A DNA stretch of 64,000 nt from the human T2T-CHM13v2.0 reference genome, Homo sapiens (GCF_009914755.1 NC_060931.1); one strand, 5' to 3'. Shown: positions 30,939-47,124, numbered from the stretch's first letter. Notes: a model not told the origin generated them from the letters alone. Numbers and translations are program-made.

Positions 30939-31544
30939 TGTAAAAATAAGTAATCCAAATTGAAGGTATTGGAACTCTAAAATTATTTTGAACCTTAAAG
31001 GAATGTGATTATGGGCCTGCATCACATAACAGACAGCTGTAACCTTTGTTTCTCTGATTATAGATTAAGCCTCCTTCCTTACCTGTATTGTTTTGTGTTA
31101 ATAAAATGACATGAATGACAGAAGGGCACCAAGGAAGACCCCTTCCTTCTCCTCTGTTGATCTTCATTGTAGATTAACCTCCCTCTCACCTTTCTCACAC
31201 AAAGACTTCATGACTACCACATTGTCTTAAGATGGAATGTTAAACATACTCTTTTAAATTGGAAAGGAAATGAAAATCAGCTATGAATAAAACAAGCCAT
31301 ACAGAAAAGAAAACAAACTCTAACTAATTAATTTGTTATAACTCTTAAACCAGTATATAGGAAATATAATCCTGTTAAATTTCTTTGTCTTCTTCCTATA
31401 TAAGCAAAAACTTAACTTTTAACTTCAGAGCACTGATCCTATTTCTCTGAAATCTGTGTGTCCCAGAATGGCCATTCCCAGCTTTCTTCTTGATTAAACT
31501 CTTTAAAACTAGATTTTGACCCTTCTTATTATCTCATATTGACA
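30939..31544 (+). mobile_element. 3' LTR of ERV1 provirus
   Basis: TGTAAAAATAAG...TTGACA, preceded by polypurine tract AAAAAGAAGAAAAA; colinear with 16059-16684. Confidence 0.92.
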
Positions 31545-32961
<1,417 letters not shown>

Positions 32962-33295
32962 CTTTCTATTTCTGCGTGCCTGTTTATGTATCTGTCAGGA
33001 TACTGTGTTAAGCTATGGCAACAAACTAACACAAGGTCTCAGCGACTTTATACAACAAAGGTCTATGTCAGGCTCATGTTACGTGCCCTTTGCTAGTCAG
33101 CCAGGAGCTCTGTTTTGTGTCCCTGTCATCCTGACTTGGATCCTTGCTAAAGGAGCAGCCACCATCTAGAACATTTTGTAGCCTTGGCAAAGGGAAAAGA
33201 GAGAAAGGTGAATCATGCTTCCTCTTAACAATTTCACAGAAAAGTGGTGCACATCACTTACATTTTATTGGCAAGACAAAATTCAAGTGGGTGGA

Positions 33296-33810
33296 TGTGA
33301 TATTGTGAAATATATATTTGGGTTTTGTCCCCATTTCTTGGCATACAGCTCCTAAACGTGATAAGAGCTAGCTCCTGGAGTGACAAGAATGTCTTTTGTA
33401 TGCTAATGAATGACTACTGTCTAGCAGCCCCTAAATAGCTTCAGGACGGGGACTGGTCATGGGAGAGACCTAGGCATGATTAGAGAGTTGGGACTTTCAG
33501 CCCCATCCTGTAGTCTCCTGGGAGGGGAGAAAGGCTGAAGGTAGAGTTGACACCTATGGGCATTAATGTAATCAATCATGCCTATGTAATGAAGCCTCCA
33601 TAAAAACCCAAAACGACTGGGTTTGGGGAGCTTCCACATAGGTGAACACATGGAGGTGCCTGGAGGAGACAGAGAGGACATGAAATTGCTTCATGTGGGG
33701 TAAGAATTGCTTCATGTGGGGAAAACCCCTGTACAACTGGTGGCAGAAGTGTTGCACTGAGTGACTGAGAGTAGAGAGCAGGGAAAACACTGTTATTTTT
33801 CTATCCTATA
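33296..33810 (+). mobile_element. MER21-like LTR (internally deleted)
   Basis: TGTGATATTGTGAAATATATATTTGG...GCCTATGTAATGAAGCCTCCATAAAAACCC. Confidence 0.8.
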
Positions 33811-33991
33811 GCAGAGAAGTGCACTCTTGCCATTGTCTGGAGGGAGAGAATCATCTAAATGGCCACTGCAGGGATCTGCTCTGGGAACATCTCCATAGCA
33901 GGACATAGAGATCATCCTTATTCCGGTTAAATGTCAGAAGAGAGGGTAGCACTCCACTGTGTGAATGTTTATCCAACCAGTGTCCAAATGA

Positions 33992-34384
<393 letters not shown>

Positions 34385-35405
34385 TAGTCTAATCTAATAT
34401 TTTCACATTTTAATAGTTTTGATTAAATGGCTTACACTCATAGTGAAATTGGTGTATTTTTCTATATTTCTGATGCCTTTAAGGTGTCCTGCTTTTTATT
34501 CTTCTTTGTTGTTTACTTTTTTGTTGTTGTAAACTATGTTTTCATCTTACATAGGCTATATTTCATTTATTTTTTTCTTTTGAAGTAACATAGATGTTAG
34601 AAATCATGCTTAAATCATTAGTTTGAAACCATTTGCTTTCAAGTGTATCAAGTAAATAATAAATGTATATCAGGATAAAACAGTATTGTGATACCTTTGA
34701 AACAATAACTTTTATTGTTTTGTCACAAAATATTCTTTAAATATAAATATATGTCTTTAATTCTATGATTCAACCTTTGCTCTTTTATTTGGAATTTATA
34801 GTTCTAGGTTATTATTGTAATATTCCCTTCATTATATCAACAACCACCCCCCAGCAGACACCCCCTAAATCATTTTTGTCTTTGTCTTCAATTTGTTAAC
34901 CATACCTACAATGGTCTTTTTCTGAACATTAAAGGACTTCTGAATAGGTTGCACCTTCTCCTTTCCTGAATTTTTGGTTTAGAATTATCGATCTACAGTG
35001 CATCTTACAGGGTTTTGTTTTTTCTTTTTTTCTTTTACTTTGTTTCTTCAAGAAGGGGGCAGGAGGGTAATCTCAAGCTTCAGTTGCACACTATTTTCTG
35101 GTTCTACTATGACCTCTTTAGGCACTCTGTTTCCCCATACTTCCCCCAAAAGGTTGGTGTCCTCTGGCACTCTGGCCTTAACCCTCTTCCTTCCTCCTCC
35201 TTTGGGAGGTCTTTTCTACTTTCAGAGCTGCAGCTGCTTCCCATCTCTGATGAGGACCCAGGGACATCTCTAAACAGACATGCCCTCCCAAGTACCCTGT
35301 ATGTGTTTCCCAAGTCTTCCAGACATTCCTGTCTGGAGAGTTGAGAATAGTGCAAATCCAACATTTCATTCTTTCCTAAATCTGCCCTTGCTCTTGTTTT
35401 ACCCT

Positions 35406-35816
35406 CGTTGAAGTCAAATAAAATATAGAAATGAATCTCAACCATTAAAACATTTTATTTGAGAAGCAAGAATTGAGATTCAGGGCAAACACACAGACAA
35501 TGTGATCTTAGGTATGTTCAAAGAAAAAAGAGAAGGTTGAGAGTTTCATTAGAAAGAGAAATGTCAGGCATTGTTTTTGAAAGAAAGCTCATAGGCACTA
35601 GAGAAGCTTTAGAGATCTGGCCAGCTCTGATTGGTGAGAGATTGTGGTAGTAAAACCAGTCAGAGTCACAGCACATGGTTTCAGCAGCTGGGCTTGTGGA
35701 AAATTTAATTATTGGAGCAGGTGTCATGTGCCGTGAGTGCTTTTTTCCCTGGTCCCTCGACTCTGATTTGCTTGGGTTTGACAAGAATGACTCAATTTGT
35801 ATAATTAACATTCACA
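35406..35816 (-). mobile_element. ERV1 MER4-group solo LTR
   Basis: Minus strand TGTGAATGTTAATTATACAAATTGAGTCATTCTTGTCA...; family uncertain. Confidence 0.6.
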
Positions 35817-35952
35817 TCTTCCTTTAGATCATCACCATCCTTCAAGTCATGCAAGTTAAAGTCCCATAAAATAATATAAAATCCTCTGAATTCTTCTCTA
35901 CCATGTCATATCCAATCAGTTCCTAAATCCTGTCAAGCCACTCCTTGGTGTC

Positions 35953-36307
35953 TGATATGGTTTGGCTCTGTCCCCACCCAAATCTCATCTTGAATTGTAG
36001 CTCCCATAATCTCCATGTGTTGTAGGAGGGACCAGCAGGAGGTAATTGAACCATGGAGGCAGGTCTTTCCCATGCTGCTCTCATGATAGTGAACAAGTCT
36101 CATGAAATCTGATGGTTTTATGAAAGGCGGTTCCCTTGCACATGTTTTCTTGTCTGCCACCAGGTAAGACGTTCCTTTGCTCCTCCTTCGCTTTCTGCCA
36201 TCATTGTGAGGCCTCCCCTGCCATGTGGAACTGTGAGTCCATAAAACCTCTTTTTCTTCATAAATTACCCAGTCTTAAGTATTTCTTCATAGTGGTATGA
36301 AAATATA
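35953..36307 (+). mobile_element. THE1-like solo LTR
   Basis: TGATATGGTTTGGCTCTGTCCCCACCC start; exact TSD GTGTC. Confidence 0.92.
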
Positions 36308-36438
36308 GTGTCCAACACCACTGCCTCCTTTCCATTCCCACAGTTGGCTCCACACTGGATCTGCCTTTACCCAGAAATCATTTCTCGATTTATGTTCCCT
36401 TTCCTCACTCTTTTACTGATCTAATGTTTAATATCTAG

Positions 36439-36801
<363 letters not shown>

Positions 36802-37384
36802 TGATGCCCACCTGCATTTAAAATGAATATTTCAAAAGCCACCTCTTCCATAAGCCATTCTTGATGCCACTCATCAACTGATGTGGTGTTTCCTGTGTAC
36901 AAAACTATATCACTTTTTAAAACAAGTACACTTTTAAAATTTTATAATGGTTTCAGATTTGCAGAGAAGTTGAAGAGAGTACAGAGAGTTCCCATAGACC
37001 CCTCATCCAGTTTCCTTTACTATTAACAACTTACATTAGTACAGTGCATCTGTTACCATTGGACCAATATTGGTACATTATTATTGATAAAAATTTATAC
37101 TTTGTTTGGATTTCTTTAGTTTTGTGTAATGTTCTGTTGCTGTTGTTTCTGAGAGATGAGGTCTCTCTCTGTTGCCCAGGCTAGAGTGTAGTGGCTATTA
37201 ACAGACATGATCATAATGCACTACAACTTTGAACTCCTGGCCTCAGGTAGTTATCCCACCTCAGCCTCCTGAGTAGCTGGGACTACAGGCATGTGCCACC
37301 ATACCTGGTTTCAATGTCCTTTTTCTGTTTCAAGATCTAATTTAGGATATCACTTACATTTAGTTATTATGTCTCCTTAGGCTC

Positions 37385-37759
37385 TATAATGGTTAACTTT
37401 GTGTCAGCTTGACTGGGCCATGGAGCGCCCAGATATTTGGTTAAACATTATTCTGAATGTTTCTATGAGGGTGTTTTTGGATGAGATAAACATTTAAATT
37501 GGAAAACTGAGTAAAGCCGATGGTCTACATAATATAGGTAGGCATCATCCAATCAGTTGAAGGCCTGAATGGACCAAAAGACTAACCCTCCCCCAAGTAA
37601 GAGAATTTCTCCTGCCTGATGGCCTTCAAACTGGATGTTGTCTCTTCCTGATTTTCCAGGCAACTCCTGGCCTTCAGACTTGAACTGGGTCATGAGCTCT
37701 GCAGACTTCGGCCTTGCCAGCCTTCATAATCACATATTTCTCTGGAGAATTCTAATACA
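37385..37759 (+). mobile_element. MLT2 (ERVL) LTR
   Basis: ATGGTTAACTTTGTGTCAGCTTGACTGGGCCA...GGAGAATTCTAATACA. Confidence 0.82.
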
Positions 37760-38104
37760 GGCTTCTCTTAGCTAAAATGGTTTCTCAGACTTTCCTGGTT
37801 TCTGATGACCTTTGAGGAAGAGATACTCCTCAAGCTGGGTTTTTTTAATGTCTTTTCTTATTATTACACCAGCGTTACATGTCTTTGGGAGGGAAACCTC
37901 AGAGGTAAAATGCCTTTCCCATCACATTACTGTAAGAGTACACATTTTTCAATATGAGTTATTATTAATAATATTAGCCTCAATCACTTGGCCAAGGTAG
38001 TTTTTCCAGACTTCTCTACAGTAAACTTACTTCCCCCCATACCATCTTTTCACACTCTGCTTTTTGAAAGCAAGTCATTAAGCACACACTCACTCAAGGG
38101 GTAA

Positions 38105-38490
<386 letters not shown>

Positions 38491-38546
38491 CAAATATTTA
38501 TTTATATCATCATGAATTCTTGGATATTTATTTCATGCTTTGGATC

Positions 38547-39196
38547 TGTGAAAGGAAAACAAAATCTTGGGACCTCAAACTCAATATGCCATAAGGAAAA
38601 ATTAAACTTAGAAACTGAGTGACACAAAAACCTGCCTTTCCTTTTGTTCTTAAACAGATCATTGTAGACAGAAGGCCAAATATTTTCCTAGGAGGACTTC
38701 TTCACCCTGACAATGTAAATTAACAGCTTATCTTCATGGCTATAGGACAAGAAGGGGCTAGAAATCATCCTCCTGCCCACCCCAAGACAAATGCATGTTT
38801 GACCTCTACTCCGTATTTACTTTATCTTATGTAAAGTGCAGATTTACTGCACAGGAGGAAAATACATAATTGACTGCCCCTACAGCCTCTCCTTTCCACA
38901 TGCAACATGTGGATTCAGGGAACACCAATCAAAGCCTCATAAGAATGTGACCATATGCTGCCCCTTCTTTTCTGTCTTCCTTTCCCCTCTTGCCCATTTT
39001 TTCCCCTTTAAATATTGAAGTCCTTAAAATCCTCTTTGGAAAAATTGCAGGCCCCAGATCCTACAGTGGCTTGTGTTTCTTTTTCCTGGGTACATCTTCA
39101 ACCATGGCAAAATAAACCTCAGCAAAACTTGGCAAAATAAACCTCTAAATTGGTTGAAACCTGTTTCAGACATTTTTTTTTTTTTTTTGGTTTACA
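38547..39196 (+). mobile_element. MER4-family solo LTR
   Basis: TGTGAAAGGAAAACAAAATCTTGGGACC...GGTTTACA; exact 4-bp TSD GATC. Confidence 0.88.
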
Positions 39197-39296
39197 GATC
39201 ATAACCCAATACAATGTTATTTATTTTATTGCTCCTATGTTCCGTTGGGAACCCTTCAGGTTGGCTTCTTACTCTATTACTTTTTAAAAATACTAT

Positions 39297-40104
39297 TGTT
39301 TGGAAAAAGCTTATTTTTCCTGTGCTCTCACACTGCAATAATCATCAATACAGAAGACTTCTGTGATCAAATGTTGGGGAAGTTTTCTCTCTATCAACAA
39401 GCAAGCAATCAGTTCTGCAGAAGGCACCAGCTGGATGTCCTTTAATTCAATTCTGAGGCTATCTACCCGGAGACAGCATCAGATGCCACAGGTTGAGGGC
39501 TCAGTCCCCAAAACTGCTCCCCACTTTGGACACTAGTAGCAAGTCTGGCCTCTGAAACTTCTCTCCAGCTGGCTTCAAGTTAGAGTTTCCATGACCCCAT
39601 CTTGGGTTCAATTAATTTGCTAGAGCAGATCACAAAACTCAGAGAAATAGTTACTTACATTTACTGGTTTATTATAAAAGATATTACAAAGAATATAGAT
39701 GAAGAGATGTGTATGGTAAGGTATGAAGAAAGGGGTGTGAAGCTTCCATGCCCTCACTGGGCATGCCATCCTCTGGGAGCCTCCATGTGTTCAGCTATCT
39801 AAAAGCTTGCCAAACTCTGTCAACTTGGGTTTTTATGGAGGCTTCATTATGATCAAACCACAGGCCATTGCTGATCAGTCTGTCTTTCAGCCCCGCTCTT
39901 CTCCCTGGAAGTTGGGGAGGTGGGCCCAGAAGTTCCAACCCTATAATCATGCCTTTGTCCTTCTGGTGACCACCTCCATCCTGAAGCTATCAGTGAACAT
40001 TAGCATACAAAAAGACAACACTTTGGAGATTCCAAGCATCTTAGGAATTGTGTGTATGACAGTAAACAGGGGTGAAGACCAAGTATACACTTCACAATAT
40101 CACA
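39297..40104 (-). mobile_element. MER21-like LTR
   Basis: Ends TTCACAATATCACA, the reverse complement of the 33296 element's start. Confidence 0.8.
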
Positions 40105-40585
40105 ATTATGTTGCATTTCATCTTGTTCTTTTTGTATACTTGACTAAGCCTCACTATGAATCATTAATTCATTGTATATATCTTTGTTATTCTGGATGCT
40201 AATTATCAAACCTTGTGTGTAGTCATTCATTCACTCATTCATGAAGCTAATATTTCCCACCATGGGTCCTGTACTCTGAGGAGTATGACCTCTGCAGTGA
40301 AGAACAAAACATGTACAACTTCCAGTCTCACAGAGCTTACTACTTAGTAGAGAATTGAAAATACACCTACAGAAATACATATTGTTAGAACTGTAATTAG
40401 TGCTATGAAATAACTTCATAAACACATTTCAAACTGAATTGCCTTAATTGTAAGTTTTATTTTAAATGGTATCAGCCATTGCTTTTTTTTTTTCTTTTAG
40501 CAATAAAAAATCTTGTCACAGTGTCTGTTAATCAGGTATCAGCCATTGCTTTTTTTTTCTTTTAGCAATAAAGAATCTTGTCACA

Positions 40586-41012
40586 GTGTCTATTAATCAG
40601 GACAGCTAATGCTAGTCATTGTAATACAATCCATAATGTGCCTCTGGCATATCAGAATAAAAGGTTTATATTCTGTTACAATCCAATGAGTTTGGTCAGC
40701 CAGTTCTCCAGAATGACTCTTCAAGCTGTCTCTTCTCTAAGTGGTGAACTTAGGCATCCTGGCTCCTTCATCATGTTGTTTCAGATATCAGAGTATTCAT
40801 TTCCAGCCATGCAGAGTGAGGAGAGCAAGATTGGAAGATCTCACAGGAGACTTTAGGGGACACCTGAAAGTGGTCACATTACTTCCACCCTCGTTCTATT
40901 GGCTAGAACAAGTCATGTGACCCATTGAGAGAAGAGGAGCTTGGGAAATGCAGTTTTGCTGTACTAGGATAAAAAAGAAAGGAATAGATCAACACAGAGC
41001 ATTGTCTCTGCC
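40586..41012 (-). mobile_element. Old MLT1-type LTR
   Basis: AAGTGGTCACATTACTTCCACCCTCGTTCTATTGGCTAGAACAAGTCATGTGACCC. Confidence 0.6.
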
Positions 41013-42427
41013 AACTGTTTCATAGCACATTTGTGGAAAGTCTTGAGGAACAGTACTATAAAAATACTTTTGAAATGACTGAAGAGTTGCATTCACTTCA
41101 AGCTGTTGTTATTCTCTGTTTTAGGAATGGGAGATAACTGTTTTACTTTAACCCTGAACATTTCCTTTGCAACATTCTCTGGCATTTGGAAGTCCTCCAA
41201 GCCCCTCATCATTTTTCAACAGCCAGGCTTCCCGCAGTGCCTGCTCACAGTTTCCTCAAGGTCGAGTCTCTTACAGGAACATAAGTTCAGCCGCTCCTTT
41301 TAGAGGGCGCAGTGAATCATCCCTCTTAGCAAATATAGAATTCCCTGTGACCTCTGCAAATGGTCCCACTATGTCTGCTGCTGAGCCAAAAGCAGGAAAG
41401 CCAGAGACTGAGTAATTTATTGCAAGCAACCATCACTATTTATCCCAGGCCCAATGGGAGTCAGACAGAGGAAATAGCTCTGCTAATTACATCTGGGAAA
41501 GATTAGTGGCTTTAAAGTCAGAAGACATGAGCTTGACATCTGGTTCCTCTGCCCATTGAGTGATCTTGGGCAAGTCTTTCATGCTAAAAATTCATTAAGC
41601 ACCTACTATAAGCCAAGTACATAGGGACAGAGGTTGTAAAAATAAATTGCAGGCAGTCAAAGCACTTACTGTAATACAATATAAGACATGTTCTCTCACT
41701 TCCCCTGTGTGTCTGTCTTGGCCCTTGGTGGAAAGGACTTCTGTCCACATTGTAGCCACTGCCTACTCCAACAGCTGGAGGCTTCTGCTGCTGCCCTCAC
41801 CAGTCAAACTGATGCCTCACAAACTGATACCTCTTTCTTTACATTGCTGACTTCCAAGTCAAGATCTCGCAAGGGTGAGTTACCTGGGAATACGTAGATC
41901 ATAGGCCTGTGGTTTAGTTGTACAGGAGGCCAGAAAAGTGGGGAGTGCACATTTTCAAATTTCCCAAAAGGGTGTTTTAAAATGTGTGGGGCAGGCAGAA
42001 AATATGGCAGATAAAAAGATTTCCGAACGGTACTGAAGGGCCATTTGATGTTGGTGATCATGCTTTTGTTTTAGTATGATTGTATAAATCTCTCCCAGCT
42101 GTGCCAGGCAAACCCAGAAAGGAACAGAGAAAAGGAATTGTTGGTTTGATCCTGAGTTTAGGATGTTGGGATAGTTGCAGAAGAAAGGCAAGGCTACTAG
42201 GATGCCAAGTAGCCCTGAAAGAGGTAAATGGAGTGATAGAGTTCTCCATGAATTTGAAGAGCAGGTGGTAATGACAGAGAATAGTTTTATGGGAATTTAA
42301 GATTGTAGGCATTGTGAAGTTCTGGGTAATGACCTAATGTAGAAACATGAATAATATTCACCCAGTTTGCACTGTGTGAGGATGGTTCTAATGCCCTATC
42401 CAGGTTGGGGAAAATATGACATGACCA

Positions 42428-42590
42428 TTGGGCATGGTAGCATGCACCTATAGTCCCACCTATGCAGGAGGCTGAGGTGGGAGGACTGCTTGAAGGCAGG
42501 AATTTGAGGCTGCAGCATGCTATTATTATACCTGTGAATAGCCACTGCACTCCAACCTGGGCAACATAGCAAGACCCAATCTATAAAAAA
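42428..42590 (+). mobile_element. Alu monomer (FRAM-like)
   Basis: Single-arm Alu sequence. Confidence 0.85.
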
Positions 42591-42716
42591 TTAATAAAAG
42601 GACACAACCAATTTGCAAGGATCTCAGGATGCAGGCATTTTGGCAGTAGTGCTGCATGTTTGCCATTACTGATGTTAAGTGTGGTCACAGAAGGTTGGGT
42701 AATGAGAAGTGGTAGT

Positions 42717-43110
42717 TGATAGAGCAGGAGCACCATCATCTCGGACAAACATCGCCACTTTAAATTCCAGCTCCCTTTCTAGCCTCATGCATTTCAAGGA
42801 AATCACCTCTCTTCTAACTACAAGCAGCCAGAAAGGGCAGACAGTAAAACACAGATAAGACAGCGTGGGCACAGAGGGAGGTTGGGGAAAAGCACAACAA
42901 AAAAGCAAAAAACAAAAAAACACAGAAGCAGTCAAAGACTCTGATAAACTCTCCCACCCTGAATCATTAAAAACTCTTAGTCTGTAAGAGAGTGTGCCTC
43001 TGACTTGACTCAGCCAGTAGGCTCCTCTCAGGTTTATTTTCTCTAAAATAAATCTGTCTTGACTGGCAAGCCACCTTTCGTATTTCTTTCCTCTTTCTTT
43101 AATTCTTACA
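42717..43110 (+). mobile_element. ERV solo LTR, family uncertain
   Basis: TG...TTCTTACA with AATAAA; flanks GTAGT/GTGGT. Confidence 0.7.
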
Positions 43111-43709
43111 GTGGTGAAGAAAAGAGTTCAGAGGACAAATGTTATGAGCCTAGGGTATTTGTAGGCTTCAAGACATGAGCACTGGGGTATTCTGGTGATA
43201 TACTAGGCCTTGACTGGAAGATTGTTGTTCAGGTGCCAACGTCCTCAGTGAATGAGGAAAAGTGGCCAGGGGATCTGCAGCACAGACATAGGGTTAGGTG
43301 ACCAAAGGTGGAGGGGGTTAAGCATGTGGAAGAAGAGAAAGCAAAATGCAGCACTAGGAGAAGGAGATGTTGCCCAGACATGGACATGGAGAGAGGGTTC
43401 TTTGAAGAGGATAGGATAGAAGAAGACTCATTAGAATGAAATGAGGTATTCCAGAAGATGATGGAGAAAGAATGGTGCAGAACTAAAAAGAATTATGTAA
43501 GAAGACACAGAACAGTAAACTCAAAATTAGATGATAAGAGAGCTTTGCATTGTGGGCCACTGGTAGCCAAAGGTGAGAGGGATTCTGAATAGGTGCAGGT
43601 TGAACTCTATGTCTACTTTCAGGGAATGTAGCAAGGATTTGTTCCCTGAGGAGCTAGCATCTTAGGTTGCCTGTGGCTGTCAGGAGCCTCTCCTCCCCTT
43701 CTTACATTA

Positions 43710-44786
43710 TGCATTAGTCCATTCTAGCACTGCTATAAAGATACTCCCTGAGACTGGGTAATTTATAAAGGGAAGACGTTTAATTTACTCCCTATTCCAC
43801 ATAACTGGGGAGGCCTCAGGAAACTTATAATCATGGTAGAAGGTGAAGGGGAAGCAAGGCACGTCTTCACAAGGCAGCAGGAGAGAGAGAGCACCTACCA
43901 CATGGTCAGACTGCAAATTTTCCAAACTTTAATCCTCTGCATCCCTTTTAAACATAAGTTCCAATTTCAAATCATCTCTTTGTGAGCCCATATAACTGAA
44001 TGCTTTCAGAATAAGCCAGGTCGCTTCTTGAATGCTTTACTGCTTAGAAATTTTTTCTGCCAGATACACTAAATCATCTCTCTCAAGTTCAAAGTTCCAC
44101 AGATCTCTAGGGCAGGGGCAAAATGCCACCAGCCTCTTTGCTAAAGCATACTAAGAGTGGCCTTTACTCCAGTTCCCAGTAAATTCCTCATTTCCATCTG
44201 AGACCACCTCAGCCTGGACTTCATTGTCCACATCACGATCAGCATTTTGGTCAAAACCATTCAGCAAGTCTCTAGGAAGTAACAAATTTTCCTACATCTT
44301 CCTGTCTTCTCCTGAGCCCTCCAAACTGTTCCAAACTCTACCTGTTACCCAGTCCCAAAGTCAATTCCACATTTTCAGGTTATCTTTATAGCAGTACCCC
44401 ACTCTCAGTACCAATTCTCTGTATTAGTCCTTTCTTACACTGCTATAAAGATACTACCTGAGACTAGGTAATTTATAAAGGAAAGAGGTTTAATTGACTC
44501 ACAGTTCTACATGGCTGGGGAGGCCTCAGAAAGCTTACAATCATGGCAGAAGACGAAAGGGAAGCAAGGCATATTTTCACAAGGCGGCAGGAGAGAGAGT
44601 GTTTGTAGGGGAACCTGCCACTTTTAAAACCATAAGATTTCATGAGAACTCCCTCACTACCATGAGAACAGTAGGAGGGAACCACCCTCATGATCCAATC
44701 ACCTCCCACCAGGCCCATCCTTTGACACAGGAAGGATTACAATTTGAGATGAGATTTGCGTGGGAACACAGAGCCAAATTATATTA
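43710..44786 (-). mobile_element. Internally deleted MST/THE1 element: partial LTR + ~520 bp internal + full LTR
   Basis: Two copies of TG(C/T)ATTAGTCC...CTGCTATAAAGATACT (43710, 44420) flank MaLR internal sequence. Confidence 0.85.
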
Positions 44787-45861
44787 CATAGCAAGGATAA
44801 GAATGTCTCAATCTTAGATGATCATTGTGACACTCAGTGCAGGGTACCACACTGTGACACTCATTGCAGGTACCACAATGCAGGGTACCATTAAGAAGCA
44901 GTTTTCACAGTCACAGAATCTTTTCCTTGACTGTCTCCTAGCTCTCTCTCTTCTTTTTTTTGTCACAAGATCTTAGGGCAAATTGCATGTCTTCCGTGAA
45001 GTCGATATGGCCACTCTTCTGTGCTCTTGTGACCCACTCTGTGCTCTGTAGACCCACCTGTGCTTCTATGGGTCACAGCTCCTGGGACCATAAAGGCCAC
45101 TGGTGGCCTCATGTTGGTCACCATGTATATGCTCCTGGTTGTTCATTTGTCAGAACTTTTTCCAGTGTGGAGTTAGTCTCTCTTACACTCCAACCTTTGC
45201 CTCCCTGTGTTGACATAATTTTTGTTGCTGTTATTAGGCTGTGAGACAGAACAGATTTTGCTTTAATTTTCTGGCATCATCCTCTGAGGTGACATCTTCT
45301 CTTGACTCATTCAGCTTATTTCAATCACCTTCTCCTTAAGAACTAGGCTCATGTCCCTCAGGGACTGGCCAGGAGATAGCTGAGTGACAACCTGAGGTTC
45401 TGCACACACCACTCTCTATTCTTTAGACAAAGGTTTATGAGGCTAAAGCAAGGGGAAGTAAGGCATTCTGATGAGAGGGAGTTATAAGAGGAGGAGGTTG
45501 GCGTGGACGGTTTTCATGGTGTGGGGAGTCCAGATCAAAGGGAATATAGTAAAGAGCTAGGAACTTCTCAGGGGCAGCACCTCATTAGAGAGTTGGGGTT
45601 ACAGTGTCAGCCTCTCAGAATTTGGATATTCTTTCTAATGCAGAGTTGCTCAGATCATTGGTGATTAACTGATAATAACTAAAATCACCCAAGACTGGGC
45701 ATAAAATAATGCCATCACCATACTCAGTATACTAAGAAGTTCCCATACCCCTCCAAATTTTCTTTTTGTAGTAAGCCCCTCCCACAACCCTTAACCCCTG
45801 ACAACCACTGATCTCTTCACCATCCCTATAGTTTTGCCTTTTCCAGAATGCCATGCAATAC

Positions 45862-46225
45862 TGATATGGTTTGGATTGGTGTCCCCACCCAAATCTCATG
45901 TCAAATTGTAATCCCCAGTGTTAGAAGAGGAGCCTGGTAGGAGGTGATTGGATCATGGGGGTGGATTTCCCACTTGCTGTTCTCATGACAGTGAGTGGGT
46001 TCTCATGAGATCTGGTTGTTTAAAAGCATGTAGCCCCTCCCCTTTCTGTCTCTTTCTGCTTCTCTAGCCGTGTAAGAGTGCCTGCCCCCTTTAGAAAGTA
46101 TCCTGAGACCTCTCCAGCCATGCTACCTGAACAGCTGCAGAAACATGAGCCAATTAAACCTCTTTTCTTATAAATTACCCAGTCTCAGGTAGAGCTTCAT
46201 AGCAGTGCAAGAATGGACCAATACA
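45862..46225 (+). mobile_element. MSTA-like solo LTR within an old L1M fragment (~45700-46350)
   Basis: TGATATGGTTTGG...AATACA; TSD AATAC/AATAT. Confidence 0.88.
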
Positions 46226-46687
46226 AATATGTAGCCTTTTGAATCTAGGCTTTTTTCACTCAGCAATATGCATTTAACATTCATCCATGTTATTGAGTGG
46301 GTCAATAGTTCTTCCTTTTTATTGCTGAGTAATATTTCACTGTACACATACACTGCAGGATTCCCCAGCTGAAGGATATGGAGAAGAGTAATTGCAGCCA
46401 CTTTGGTAAATAATCTATCAAGTATACTAATTAACTGACTTAAACAGTTCTGTATTCTTTCCTTGTACAAAAAGTCACACAAATGTAGAGAAGAAAACAA
46501 AATGAATCCTAAGATAGTCTTCACTTAGCTGCAGCAGTTATCAAGATTCTCTCCATCTAACCCTTTTTACTTTAGTCTTTCTTGTTGAAATATATTAAAG
46601 CAAATTTTAGATATGAGAGAGAAATATGTAGAGATTATTCCATTTGACTCTCCAAAAGTTATGAATGTTTTTCATGTAACTTTAATG

Positions 46688-46885
46688 TATCAGCATTTTT
46701 TTCCTATAAAAGGCCAAATAATAAGTGCATTTGGCTTTGTGAGCTCTGGGTTCTTTGTCAAAATTACTCAACTTCTGCTGTTATGAAAAGAAAGCAGCCT
46801 TAGACTACTCATAAACAAACAAGCATGACTGTAGTCTACCAAAACTTTATTTACTAAGACAGGCAGCAGGCCCTAGTTTGACAAA
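46688..46885 (+). mobile_element. MER58A-like hAT element
   Basis: TAAAAGGCCAAATAATAAG...AAAGCAGCC...AAAACTTTATTTAC...CAGGCAGCAGGCC. Confidence 0.72.
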
Positions 46886-47124
46886 TGCAATCTAATCTCC
46901 AGTCCATGATGAAATTTTCCAGATTGCTTCAAAAATGTATTTTACTGTTTTTTTTCTCTCCAATCAAACCTTGTTTGGATTCTGTCTTTAAATGATTTTA
47001 AAGTTTCTAACATAACTGAAATACCCATATTTTTCAGTGCATATTAATTCTGCTATCACTAGAATTTCTTCCTTGAAAAAGAACTATTTTATAAAATAAA
47101 CAATATGTATTTATCACTGAGAAA

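Noticed and set aside
33686-33722. Repeat-spacer-like duplications (ATTGCTTCATGTGGGG x2; also 39106-39145 and 7372-7401)
   Set aside because: Only two copies each, mostly inside LTRs; simple slippage duplications, not CRISPR-like arrays.
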